A DNA stretch of 64,000 nucleotides from Escherichia phage UE-S1. Below, one piece after another: positions 46,787 to 56,210 of the stretch (the stretch's first letter is position 1; each line of letters opens with the position of its first letter). Both the position numbers and the translations under genes were made by a program. Where the stretch lies: sequence record ON568341.1. One strand, given 5' to 3'. The notes beneath the pieces were generated by a model. The model had not been told where the DNA came from. It saw only the letters and a program-made list of their open reading frames with translations, and did no database searches.

Positions 46787-46811
46787 AAAGCCTCCATAAT
46801 GGAGGCTTTTC
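46787..46811 (+). terminator. intrinsic terminator
   Basis: GCCTCCataatGGAGGC followed by TTTTCTC. Confidence 0.7.
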
Positions 46812-46831
46812 TCACATAAGGTAATGATAAT

Positions 46832-47383
46832 ATGATTGAACAAATTAAAATTCTCACAAAGCAAATTACCGATTTTCTTTCAGACAAAGATGGTTTTCAA
46901 ACAGAAGTAAAAATGCACGGTGTTAGTCTTGATGTTATTTCCCCTGATTCTAATGTGACAAATTATGATATGTATGAGTTATTCCTTTACACGTTAGCAG
47001 TACGTAAGTTAGGAAGTGATATTGAACTTAATATTAATACTAATAGCGAAGGAAATAAAATTTTTGCAATCAACACGAGTGCCAAATTTGATATTAATGC
47101 AGAAATTAAAAAAATCAATGAAAGTTTTGTTGGTTTTAAACATGATTCTATTCAAGGTGTTTTTGTAGGAAAACAAACATCCACAAGTCAATACCCATAC
47201 TGCATTATGACTTTATACAAAAATGGAGATTGGATGCGACAAGATTTAGTTTATGCTGAATTGTTGTATGCGTTTACACATGATCTTGTAATTGAATTGG
47301 ATGACAGTGCTTTTTGTTTTAAGAAAATCAGAAAATTAACCAATGATATACAAACACAACTTAAAGAATTAAATGATAAATAA
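46832..47383 (+). CDS. hypothetical protein (183 aa)
   Basis: ORF in track. Confidence 0.5.
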   Translation: MIEQIKILTKQITDFLSDKDGFQTEVKMHGVSLDVISPDSNVTNYDMYELFLYTLAVRKLGSDIELNINTNSEGNKIFAINTSAKFDINAEIKKINESFVGFKHDSIQGVFVGKQTSTSQYPYCIMTLYKNGDWMRQDLVYAELLYAFTHDLVIELDDSAFCFKKIRKLTNDIQTQLKELNDK

Positions 47384-47504
47384 ATATACCAGAAATGGTT
47401 AACATATCATGTTACTTCCTCCCTTACATAATAATGATGCGTTGTTATATTTTTTCATTATATTATTATTTTCTTTTTATATTGTACAAAATTATATTAG
47501 TACT

Positions 47505-47528
47505 GCCCCGTTCTTCGGGGCATTTTTT
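47505..47528 (+). terminator. intrinsic terminator
   Basis: GCCCCGttcttCGGGGC followed by ATTTTTT. Confidence 0.7.
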
Positions 47529-47549
47529 ATTATCTAAAATTGAGGATAT

Positions 47550-47945
47550 ATGAAAAATAACATCGGAACTTCAATAATTAACCCACTTTCTTATTACCTT
47601 GAAAAATTTAGAAGTACAAATGGCAAGAAATTTAATAATATATTTCAGTTCTCCCATAAAGAATATATTACTATTGATCATTTCTCTAAGAAACTAATGT
47701 ATGTAAATGATAATAATCATATTATTAAACTATCATTCGATATTGAATTAGACAAATTGACATTTACTGAATACATTAATAAAAAAACTTCATTTTTAAA
47801 CACATATAATAGAAAAGTATATAGGAACATTTCAATGTACCTAAATGACGAATATTACTTTCAACAATCTACAATTGAAGAGGTATTATTCAGCACTGAA
47901 GAATTAAAAGAATTATTTTATTGGCATGAGAAATTTATCTCTTGA
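47550..47945 (+). CDS. member of FQxST-motif paralog family
   Basis: C-terminal NDEYYFQQSTIEEV. Confidence 0.5.
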   Translation: MKNNIGTSIINPLSYYLEKFRSTNGKKFNNIFQFSHKEYITIDHFSKKLMYVNDNNHIIKLSFDIELDKLTFTEYINKKTSFLNTYNRKVYRNISMYLNDEYYFQQSTIEEVLFSTEELKELFYWHEKFIS

Positions 47946-47997
47946 CATTGTGATGGTTTTCTTCTAAAATACAAGATAATATGTTGAGGATTAGTTT

Positions 47998-48408
47998 ATG
48001 AGTTTAGATTTACACAATGAACTAAAATATTTTTTGGATTTGGATATATCAGAATTGAACCAACACATCAATCATATAACTAGTACTGTGTGGTGGTCCA
48101 ATGAGCATGATGACCCAATTATACAACTAAGTGATAAGTCATCAGTTATGCGATTTTATAAGATTAATCATAAAAATAACATCAAGATCACATATATACC
48201 ATATAAAAACATATTACTAGTTGAAACACTTAATCCAAGTTCTTTATTAAAAATCACCGATTTAGATACATTACAAACAAGTGAATCTTTATTCCAACGT
48301 TCATTAGTTGATGATCTTGGTGGTATTACTTTTGAAGATATATTACAATTGAAGAAGATGTATAGTGAATTGTTAGAGATTAAAAACACTTTAGTAATGG
48401 GATATTGA
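47998..48408 (+). CDS. member of FQxST-motif paralog family
   Basis: C-terminal SESLFQRSLVDDLGG. Confidence 0.5.
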   Translation: MSLDLHNELKYFLDLDISELNQHINHITSTVWWSNEHDDPIIQLSDKSSVMRFYKINHKNNIKITYIPYKNILLVETLNPSSLLKITDLDTLQTSESLFQRSLVDDLGGITFEDILQLKKMYSELLEIKNTLVMGY

Positions 48409-48409
48409 T

Positions 48410-48814
48410 ATGGTAAGTTTATTAGATATTGACAATACCAGTTTAGTGTTGGTGAAAAAAGGTTTAATCCCCAATTCTACAAAAATTGATTATGCTGTTA
48501 TTGAAACAAATATGGGAAATATTTGGTATGATTCCGAAAGGGATATTGTGATTAGCTGCGTAGACAGTGACCGTGCTGAGTGTTGTAGAGTCGGTCATGA
48601 CGGACAATTTGTTTTTGAATTTCGTTATTGGAAGGACGCAAAATTTCACCAAGAACTGGTTGCATTGTCAAACGAACTGTATACAGAAGAAACTTTCTTC
48701 ATGGAAAGTACTATTAATAATGTTGGCTCAGTAACGTATGAGCACTATAAAAAAGTATATACACTATCCAGAGAAGTTATGAAAATTATCAGAACTGCTG
48801 AAGGTAAAGAATAA
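48410..48814 (+). CDS. member of FQxST-motif paralog family
   Basis: C-terminal TEETFFMESTINNVG. Confidence 0.5.
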   Translation: MVSLLDIDNTSLVLVKKGLIPNSTKIDYAVIETNMGNIWYDSERDIVISCVDSDRAECCRVGHDGQFVFEFRYWKDAKFHQELVALSNELYTEETFFMESTINNVGSVTYEHYKKVYTLSREVMKIIRTAEGKE

Positions 48815-48815
48815 C

Positions 48816-49187
48816 ATGACTACTATATATGATATTTTGGGTGTTCTGAGTAGAAATATAGATGATGATTTTGTTATTGTTCAAGATACTAGAAATACAT
48901 TTCAACTACCAATAGGTTCACCAGATAGGTTAATTTTTAATAGATACTCAAATGAACTAACTTACATCCATGATGGGATTGCAATTGTATCAGTTTCTAT
49001 AAACGACTATACAATACGATATGTATATGACTTCAACGATTATTGTACAAGAATCCACAGTATTGATATTTCCGAAGAGGAACTATTCCAATTGTCATTG
49101 ATTGAGAAAAATGTAATAGGAATTACAGAAATTGATATTGTTAAAAAAGCATTAGACTATACAAATATAAAAATTAATGGTGAGTGA
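48816..49187 (+). CDS. member of FQxST-motif paralog family
   Basis: C-terminal SEEELFQLSLIEKNV. Confidence 0.5.
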   Translation: MTTIYDILGVLSRNIDDDFVIVQDTRNTFQLPIGSPDRLIFNRYSNELTYIHDGIAIVSVSINDYTIRYVYDFNDYCTRIHSIDISEEELFQLSLIEKNVIGITEIDIVKKALDYTNIKINGE

Positions 49188-49636
49188 GGATGAATGTTGA
49201 CGAAATAAAAAAACATTTTGAAATTGCATTATCTTGTAATTTTGATACCAAAAGTGTAGTATCACCTAAAGAGTATATACATATTAGCAGTTCTTATTCA
49301 CATTCATGTATAGTCCATATTGAAAAGACCTATGACCGTACTGAGTTATCGTTTTACAACCCACTTATTAGAACAACATCAGTTATGTTAATATACAATA
49401 CAATATCTGACATTATTGAAATTATTTCAACTTATACTGATGTGACTTGCACAACTATATATAATGCAAGTACATGCATAACAGAAGAAGGATATTTCCA
49501 GGAGTCACTTATTCAAAATTTTAATTATGATTATAAAGATTTAAGTTATATAGTCTTAAGTTTTGAAAAAATAAATGAAATGGTTTTGTCATTATTTGAC
49601 ATAATCGAACAAAATCCAAAGGTAATCAAATGCTAA
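49184..49636 (+). CDS. member of FQxST-motif paralog family
   Basis: TEEGYFQESLIQNF. Confidence 0.5.
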   Translation: MRMNVDEIKKHFEIALSCNFDTKSVVSPKEYIHISSSYSHSCIVHIEKTYDRTELSFYNPLIRTTSVMLIYNTISDIIEIISTYTDVTCTTIYNASTCITEEGYFQESLIQNFNYDYKDLSYIVLSFEKINEMVLSLFDIIEQNPKVIKC

Positions 49637-50070
49637 ATCCAAAAAAGTTTTTTGATTTATTAGGTATTACATCTATACCGGATTTAACAAGTGAAACAAA
49701 CGAATATCGTGATGTTGGAATTGTATCATTGGAATATGATACATTTGACTTTAAATGTTACATAACATATGATGTTGAAACCTATACTAAAAAATCATCA
49801 TACATTTTTGTGTTCATATATAATGATTATAGTGATAATAAACTGAATGATGTTCATATTGACACATTCGAAATATGTGGTAATATTATATCAGATGAAT
49901 CGTCATCTACATTTGATTTGGAGTTAAACAGTACTGAAGAGTCACTTTTTCAGTTGAGTACTATAAGTGACACTATATTAACACCAGATGACATTGAGAA
50001 ATTTAAAGAACATCTTGACGCAGTTCGTGAGATGTTCTATAATCATTATCCAGAAGTGGAGTTCAAATAA
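49630..50070 (+). CDS. member of FQxST-motif paralog family
   Basis: STEESLFQLSTISDT. Confidence 0.5.
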   Translation: MLNPKKFFDLLGITSIPDLTSETNEYRDVGIVSLEYDTFDFKCYITYDVETYTKKSSYIFVFIYNDYSDNKLNDVHIDTFEICGNIISDESSSTFDLELNSTEESLFQLSTISDTILTPDDIEKFKEHLDAVREMFYNHYPEVEFK

Positions 50071-50084
50071 CTAAAGGTAATAAG

Positions 50085-50345
50085 ATGACTAAAGTAGTTC
50101 GTAAACGCCATATGATGAACATGGATGAATTTCGCACATTTGACAAATATCGTACTATGTTTCGTATGCTTTCACAGGGCCGCCCAATTGTCATTGTAAC
50201 AGAGAATTACATGTCACCTGAGATTATGTTTGGTAATTATGAAAAGGTCTTCATGCTGTACGTGAAGCGTGGATTACTTACAATCAAGACATTAGCTGAA
50301 GCAACTGATGAAGATATGGATGGTGATAATACCTTTACCATGTGA
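50085..50345 (+). CDS. hypothetical protein (86 aa)
   Basis: ORF in track. Confidence 0.4.
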   Translation: MTKVVRKRHMMNMDEFRTFDKYRTMFRMLSQGRPIVIVTENYMSPEIMFGNYEKVFMLYVKRGLLTIKTLAEATDEDMDGDNTFTM

Positions 50346-50422
50346 GGAAATATATGTCTGAAAAACCAAAAGAACCTTTAGACCGTGATGATGATTTTTA
50401 TGACGAACGATATGGAGATGAT

Positions 50423-50675
50423 AATGAGTGAACATAGTGCGGTGCTTAAAAAGATTTTAAAGGAAATTGATGGTGAGTTTAATGTCACAGAAGAAGAATA
50501 TCAGCATTGGAAGAAAGATTTCGAACAACTAACCGAGTATGATAAAGTGTTCAATATGATTGGTGTAATTAGCCAGTACTTACTCGGTGGAGGACGTGCA
50601 AGTGCTTCAATTCTGGCATCTGCAATCATCTGTACATCACGATGGTGTGATGAAAAAAGTTTGGAAGATTTCTAA
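50423..50675 (+). CDS. hypothetical small protein
   Basis: Track ORF 50385-50675; ATG at 50423 after GGAGATG. Confidence 0.35.
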
Positions 50676-50690
50676 ATAAGATGCTATAAT
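50661..50690 (+). promoter_or_regulatory. candidate promoter (TTGGAA-18-TGcTATAAT)
   Basis: Extended -10 at 50682-50690 upstream of methyltransferase gene. Confidence 0.4.
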
Positions 50691-50727
50691 ATATTATAGT
50701 ACCTTAACAATATAAAAAGGATTTTAT

Positions 50728-52608
50728 ATGAAACCTATCCGAGTACTATCTCTTTTTAATGGGATGAGTGTAGGATACATGGCATTAAAAGATGCTGGTA
50801 TCCCTGTTGAAAAATATTATTCATCCGAAATTGACAAATTTGCTATAGCTGAATCCCAAGCTAACTTCCCCGATATCATCCAATTGGGTGATGTAACTAG
50901 ATGGAAAGAATGGGATATCGAATGGGACAAGATAGATCTACTGATGGGTGGTTTTCCATGCTTCCCAGCAGGAACTATGATAATGACAAATAAAGGTCAT
51001 AAAGATATAAAAGATATAAAAATTGGTGATATGGTTCTTACACACACTGGACAGTACCAAAAAGTATTGAGTACTGGTGTTAAAAAGGCTCCCACTCGTA
51101 TTATTACAGGTCAAGGTCACCTTCCAATTGAATGTACCGATAATCATCCATTTTGGAGTAGGGAACGTCTAGCCAATAAATGGAATAATCAACGCCGAAG
51201 ATATGATTCTGTGTTTTCTGAACCGCAATGGGTAAATGCTATAGATCTTACTAAACAAAGTTATATTTGTAATGTTAAAAATATTACACATAATACAGTA
51301 AGTGATAAAGATGAAAAATATTGGTATTTTGTTGGTCGTTTTATGGGTGATGGATGTGCTAGTGTATCTAATAACAAATACAGTATTACTATTGTAGATT
51401 CATTAGATAAAGTTGATGAATTGAAAAAATGTTTTGATGATTTTGGATACAAATACACATTAGCTATTAAAGATAATCATGTAAGATGTGATATATATAG
51501 CAAAAAGCTTTATGATGAATTAATATGTATTGGGCATAAATCACAAAACAAATGTTTACCACCTGAAATATTCAATGAAACTATCAATAACAAAGAAGCA
51601 TTTATTAAAGGATACATGGATGCAGATGGTTGTGAGGATAAACACAATAAAAAATACAAATTTACCACCACAAGTTATAAAATAGTTCTTGGTATGCAAC
51701 AGTTAATCTTAGATACTTATCAACGTCATTGTACTATTAGTCAAACTGTTCCAAAAACAAAAAAATATATAAAAAATAAGTTGGTTAATCAGCTTCCGTA
51801 TTGGAATGTTCATTTTAGCTATAATAAAATTAAAAGAGATGATGTAATATATGATGAAATTTATATATGGAATCGTGGTGTAAAAAGTAATGTACCAACC
51901 GGAGAATGGAAAACCGTTTACAATATTGAAGTTGCAGTAGATAACACATATACGGCGAACAATATTGTAGTTCATAACTGCCAAGCGTGGTCAGTTGCAG
52001 GTAAACAGGGTGGAATAAATGATCCTCGTGGTATGTTATTCCATACAATGGTTGATATTTACCAGCACATAAAAAGTCTCAATCCAGACTTGAAAGTACT
52101 GTTCGAGAATGTTAAAATGAAAGAAGATTTCAAGCAATACATTAATAGTGTTCTTGAGATGACACCAGTACTGATAAATTCCCAGCATTATACGCCTCAC
52201 TTCAGGCAGAGATATTACTGGTACAGTACTGATAAACTTTTTATACCACCTGCATTATCAAATGCACCTAAACTTCAAGATATTATTGAAGATGGTTGGT
52301 ACACTGACAGAACCGCTTCGTACTGTATAGATGCTAACTATTTTAAGGGTGGGGATTGTAACCAGTACTTTAATAAATCAAGAAGACAAATTGTTTTCAA
52401 AGAACCTGATATCGATAGGGATTTCCTTCTTGAACATGGTAAGCGAAATGTGGACTATCGTCATTTAACAGTACAAGAGTGTTGCATGTTGCAAGGAATT
52501 GATGTAAACTACTTCAAAGTTAGTAGTTCAACACAAGCATACAAAATGCTTGGGAATGGATGGACTATGCCAGTTATATCACACTTACTACGAGATATAT
52601 TCTTTTGA
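50728..52608 (+). CDS. C5-cytosine DNA methyltransferase interrupted by an intein
   Basis: Exteins carry motif I LSLFNGMSVG, motif IV GGFP|CQAWSVAG (reconstituted across the intein), ENV motif VLFENVKMK, FRQRYYW and LGNGWTMPVISHLL; intein inserted before the catalytic Cys. Confidence 0.85.
   Translation: MKPIRVLSLFNGMSVGYMALKDAGIPVEKYYSSEIDKFAIAESQANFPDIIQLGDVTRWKEWDIEWDKIDLLMGGFPCFPAGTMIMTNKGHKDIKDIKIGDMVLTHTGQYQKVLSTGVKKAPTRIITGQGHLPIECTDNHPFWSRERLANKWNNQRRRYDSVFSEPQWVNAIDLTKQSYICNVKNITHNTVSDKDEKYWYFVGRFMGDGCASVSNNKYSITIVDSLDKVDELKKCFDDFGYKYTLAIKDNHVRCDIYSKKLYDELICIGHKSQNKCLPPEIFNETINNKEAFIKGYMDADGCEDKHNKKYKFTTTSYKIVLGMQQLILDTYQRHCTISQTVPKTKKYIKNKLVNQLPYWNVHFSYNKIKRDDVIYDEIYIWNRGVKSNVPTGEWKTVYNIEVAVDNTYTANNIVVHNCQAWSVAGKQGGINDPRGMLFHTMVDIYQHIKSLNPDLKVLFENVKMKEDFKQYINSVLEMTPVLINSQHYTPHFRQRYYWYSTDKLFIPPALSNAPKLQDIIEDGWYTDRTASYCIDANYFKGGDCNQYFNKSRRQIVFKEPDIDRDFLLEHGKRNVDYRHLTVQECCMLQGIDVNYFKVSSSTQAYKMLGNGWTMPVISHLLRDIFF
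50959..51978 (+). mobile_element. intein with LAGLIDADG homing-endonuclease domain (340 aa) inside the methyltransferase
   Basis: Starts with Cys (CFPAGTMIMT), block B TDNHPF, two LAGLIDADG-like motifs (FVGRFMGDGC, IKGYMDADGC), ends IVVHN with +1 Cys. Confidence 0.8.
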
Positions 52609-53090
52609 ACATAAACAAACACCAAACTTATATAAAACGTGCAGAAAGTTTCAAACGGCTGGCTGTAAAATCTGAATTAGAATTTAATTTGTATTATCCT
52701 AATATTGGTGATGAGGTATTTTATTGCTCACATTCAAAGAATGGAACTTTACTTAAATCGGGTAAAGGAACTATTGTTGATATGACCGCAAATTTCAGAG
52801 GTAAACTTAATGTAATGTACAAAGTGCAAGATTCAAGTACTGAGTGTATCCATGAAGTGATGCATAACATACCTGCATATCCAAAAGATTTTGTTCAGCT
52901 AATATCTCGAAGGGAGAAACCTATGTTTTATTGTGGTTACGACAAATTAACCAAACAAATTATTCCTAATACTATGGGAAAATTTAAAAGTGATGTAAAA
53001 TCTGAACTAGAAAAGAAATTTGGTACATCATGGGAAACTGAAAACGAGTTTATCGAAATTCGTTTAATTGAAGTTACTATTCTTGATTAA
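52560..53090 (+). CDS. hypothetical protein (start uncertain)
   Basis: ORF overlaps methyltransferase 3' end by 49 nt if first start used; first in-frame Met beyond the overlap lies far downstream. Confidence 0.35.
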   Translation: MDYASYITLTTRYILLNINKHQTYIKRAESFKRLAVKSELEFNLYYPNIGDEVFYCSHSKNGTLLKSGKGTIVDMTANFRGKLNVMYKVQDSSTECIHEVMHNIPAYPKDFVQLISRREKPMFYCGYDKLTKQIIPNTMGKFKSDVKSELEKKFGTSWETENEFIEIRLIEVTILD

Positions 53091-53095
53091 TTATA

Positions 53096-53118
53096 AATCC
53101 ACGCAATGCGTGGATTTT
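53096..53118 (+). terminator. intrinsic terminator
   Basis: ATCCACGCaatGCGTGGAT followed by TTTTT. Confidence 0.65.
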
Positions 53119-53132
53119 TCATAGGTGTATAT

Positions 53133-53648
53133 ATGTCAATTCCTTATGTTAAAATTATTAACAATATTCTTGATTCTTGGGAAGATGTCATTATTGGTAA
53201 AAAGAAGCCTTTACCCGTTCATGCACTATCTGGAAAACTTCAATTCAGAATGTCAAATAAAACTGAAACGTTTAATAATCATGATATTTGTATTACACTA
53301 AAAACACCTGATTGTATTGTAATTAAAAAAAATAAAGATGATGAATTGACATTATCTATTGGTCGTGATAAAATCATTTTAAATAATTTGTCTGAAGAAG
53401 AATTTTTTCAAATAAGTACTATTATCGACATGAAAGATTTTACATATGAATCGTTGATAGAACTCAATACACGTTTTATCGATATACAGGAACGATTGCG
53501 ACCCATTCTTCGTATCGAAGAAGAAGCTTGGATTGAAAGTATGAATAAGATGCAAGAAATGTTGAAAGAAACTATTAACAATATGGGTCAATCTATTTTG
53601 GACATTGGTAAAACTTTTAAACTCAACTTTTCAAAGGAACGTAAATGA
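53133..53648 (+). CDS. member of FQxST-motif paralog family
   Basis: LSEEEFFQISTIIDM; ATG at 53133 lies after the terminator hairpin. Confidence 0.5.
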   Translation: MSIPYVKIINNILDSWEDVIIGKKKPLPVHALSGKLQFRMSNKTETFNNHDICITLKTPDCIVIKKNKDDELTLSIGRDKIILNNLSEEEFFQISTIIDMKDFTYESLIELNTRFIDIQERLRPILRIEEEAWIESMNKMQEMLKETINNMGQSILDIGKTFKLNFSKERK

Positions 53649-54097
53649 AAATCGATGAACTGATTTATATTTTAGGTAACTTGCATAAAATATTGTTACA
53701 TCGCAACGAGATGAATAAACTAGGATATAATATCTCTAATGTAAATGAAGCAACATTTAAATATAACTCAATCACTGGTGGAAATTATAATATTGTGTAT
53801 TGCTATGAAACGGACCCAGACTGTTACCAACTTACGTTATACTTTTCTCCAACAAACCCAGCCTTTGTTCACGACATATCATCAATATCACTTGACCCAG
53901 ATGGAGAAATGAGTATAGAATATAACTATGATTCTAAAAAAGAATGTTATGTTGAAGATATGAAAAATATGTTTAACGATGAATATGTGTTCCAGCTAAG
54001 TACTGTACATGATGTTGGCAGTACTAATGGACAATTTTGGAATACATGTTATTATCATATGATTGAAATTTGTAAATTACTAAAAGGCGATGATTAA
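53645..54097 (+). CDS. member of FQxST-motif paralog family
   Basis: FNDEYVFQLSTVHDVG. Confidence 0.5.
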   Translation: MKIDELIYILGNLHKILLHRNEMNKLGYNISNVNEATFKYNSITGGNYNIVYCYETDPDCYQLTLYFSPTNPAFVHDISSISLDPDGEMSIEYNYDSKKECYVEDMKNMFNDEYVFQLSTVHDVGSTNGQFWNTCYYHMIEICKLLKGDD

Positions 54098-54480
54098 TGA
54101 AATACAGCATTGAAGTACATTACACTACAGGTGACACTGAAACAGAAGATTCAGTTACCAATACATTGGATGTTCAATGGGAATCAAAGGATGAGGCAGT
54201 TGTAGCATTACAGTCTTTGAAAGAGCATTGGGTATTCTTTAAGAAACTCGATGATGCATATAGTAACGAACGTGCGACCATAATCGATGAAGCCAAACAT
54301 AAAGAATGGTTTGATCCAATGTCATGTGAATTCTCTTTCTTTGTAAAAAATGGAGATGAAAAAATTCCAGTACATACACCGTGGAACGGCTACTTTGAAA
54401 CTCTTCATAATGCACGAGTTATCGCTGTGGATAATCCTGAACAAATCGATTTCGATTCATTGGACTGGAAAAAACTATGA
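54097..54480 (+). CDS. hypothetical protein (127 aa)
   Basis: ORF in track. Confidence 0.45.
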   Translation: MKYSIEVHYTTGDTETEDSVTNTLDVQWESKDEAVVALQSLKEHWVFFKKLDDAYSNERATIIDEAKHKEWFDPMSCEFSFFVKNGDEKIPVHTPWNGYFETLHNARVIAVDNPEQIDFDSLDWKKL

Positions 54481-54920
54481 CAGTACTGCACCAATTGAAG
54501 AAGGTTAAGCATCCAGTTGTATATGAGGACTGGAAACGTCAGAAGCTGATGGGTGACTTTTATTACCCAAAATCTAAAGTACTGGCAACGTCAAAAGCTA
54601 TATACTTGAAATATAAGGATGAAGATTGTTTGTGTATTCAAATGGGATTCCATCCTAAAGTTGGTTTGTTTACATCAAATCAAACATTTTATAAATTTAG
54701 AATTCAAAAAGATACATTTAGTATTCATATCGAAAAGCATGATGTACAAGATACAATTTATCGTGTGGAAAGTGAGCCTTTGAATCTTGTTGAGATTCCG
54801 TACAATAATTTAGAAGAAATGTACTTTCAGCAGTTGACAATACAAGAAGACTTTGGTATGATAGGACTTCAAGAGTTAGAGATGATTAAACAAATTCGTG
54901 ATGTCTACTTTAAGGAGTAA
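54477..54920 (+). CDS. member of FQxST-motif paralog family
   Basis: NLEEMYFQQLTIQEDFG. Confidence 0.5.
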   Translation: MTVLHQLKKVKHPVVYEDWKRQKLMGDFYYPKSKVLATSKAIYLKYKDEDCLCIQMGFHPKVGLFTSNQTFYKFRIQKDTFSIHIEKHDVQDTIYRVESEPLNLVEIPYNNLEEMYFQQLTIQEDFGMIGLQELEMIKQIRDVYFKE

Positions 54921-55080
54921 CTATGCCAGTACGTAACAGTACTTCACGCTTTACGCTTCAACAGAAAGCAGATCTTTTGAATATGGCAAACAAAGATTCT
55001 AATTTTCACTATCTAGTGCTCGGTGGGTCAGTAGAAAAGATTGACCTACGTGAGTGTATGAAATAACAAAAGGGGCTAAA

Positions 55081-55251
55081 ATGAGTCTACGTGAATCATG
55101 GGAACAATTTAAAGAAGAGATTGGTTATCGTGGTGTTAAGATTGAAAAAATCAATCGTTCTGAAAGCATCAAAGCCAGTTCTAATGGCACTACTTATGAT
55201 CGTTATGATGAAAAGTATGGTTTGCATTCTAACCCGAAGGATAGTGAATAA
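55081..55251 (+). CDS. hypothetical small protein
   Basis: Track ORF 55054-55251; ATG at 55081 after AAAGGGG. Confidence 0.35.
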   Translation: MSLRESWEQFKEEIGYRGVKIEKINRSESIKASSNGTTYDRYDEKYGLHSNPKDSE

Positions 55252-55390
55252 TGGTATACACTAACATTTTTACTGGTATTATGCGTAAATTTATTAATGG
55301 TACTGGATACGTATCCAATGACAACGGTAGTACATGGGTAAAAAATAATACGTCTGAATCTTTAGTAAAAAGTCTTCCGTATTATAAAGC

Positions 55391-55419
55391 TTGACACATG
55401 AAAATGGAGTATGTATAAT
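55391..55419 (+). promoter_or_regulatory. consensus promoter (TTGACA-17-TATAAT) with -10 in a short hairpin
   Basis: TTGACA 55391-55396, TATAAT 55414-55419; GGAGTAT (55406-55412) pairs with ATACTCC (55418-55424). Confidence 0.55.
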
Positions 55420-55451
55420 ACTCCTATATTAATTAAACGAGGATATACGAA

Positions 55452-56024
55452 ATGGCGGGTGTTGATAAAATTTGCGAATTCAGTTCAGATTATGAAGGGT
55501 ACGAAATGTATAAGTCCAAGCGTAATCACATTCAAGTACTGTCAAAGTACCGAAAACATTTTAGAGGACACAAAGCAACCCTGTATATTTTTGAAAACGG
55601 ATTGAAAGAGGTATGGAAGTCGGGTGCGTTATCTGATGCAACGATGGAATGTGTAAATCCAAACCCAACTGAAGAGAACTGGAATAACCACGAATATTTC
55701 CGTGTTGCCACACGTACACCTTGGGGTAAAAAGGAATGCTTTGGTGTATTCTTTGATAACATTAATGAATACAAAGCTGCATTAAAACAATATCACCAGC
55801 GTTTACTAATGAATTATGATTACATTCTTCATGTACCAACTGTTCCTGGACAGGTTAATGGTATCTATACGAACAGTACGCATGATTTAACTGCGGTGAA
55901 ACGTCGTCTTAAACGTATGTTGGGTAGTGGTAATTTAACAATCAAGGTTATGCGTAATGAATCAATGTATAACTTTTTAAATATCCTACACTACACATTA
56001 AAGGATAATAATGGAAACGATTAA
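55452..56024 (+). CDS. hypothetical protein (190 aa)
   Basis: ORF in track. Confidence 0.5.
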   Translation: MAGVDKICEFSSDYEGYEMYKSKRNHIQVLSKYRKHFRGHKATLYIFENGLKEVWKSGALSDATMECVNPNPTEENWNNHEYFRVATRTPWGKKECFGVFFDNINEYKAALKQYHQRLLMNYDYILHVPTVPGQVNGIYTNSTHDLTAVKRRLKRMLGSGNLTIKVMRNESMYNFLNILHYTLKDNNGND

Positions 56025-56208
56025 GTTTATTTTTGAGGTGTTTGTTGCATTCATCTTATGTATTGTATCTATTACTATTTCTTTAATCCCAGTCATCGTG
56101 TACCAAATTAATGGCGGCACTGATCCAACAGTTGATATGTTTCTTCGTTGCTTTGGATTTTGTATATGGTTAGCGATGTTTATGTTCTATATGCATCGTG
56201 AGGAATAA
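56011..56208 (+). CDS. small membrane protein (65 aa)
   Basis: Two hydrophobic segments. Confidence 0.4.
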   Translation: METIKFIFEVFVAFILCIVSITISLIPVIVYQINGGTDPTVDMFLRCFGFCIWLAMFMFYMHREE

Positions 56209-56210
56209 TT

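Noticed and set aside
47409-47540. 43-aa hydrophobic micro-ORF (MLLPPLHNNDALLYFFIILLFSFYIVQNYISTAPFFGAFFIII) in the 47384-47549 spacer
   Set aside because: Its 3' end is formed by the terminator hairpin and T-run, and AT-rich sequence readily encodes hydrophobic residues; no RBS seen.
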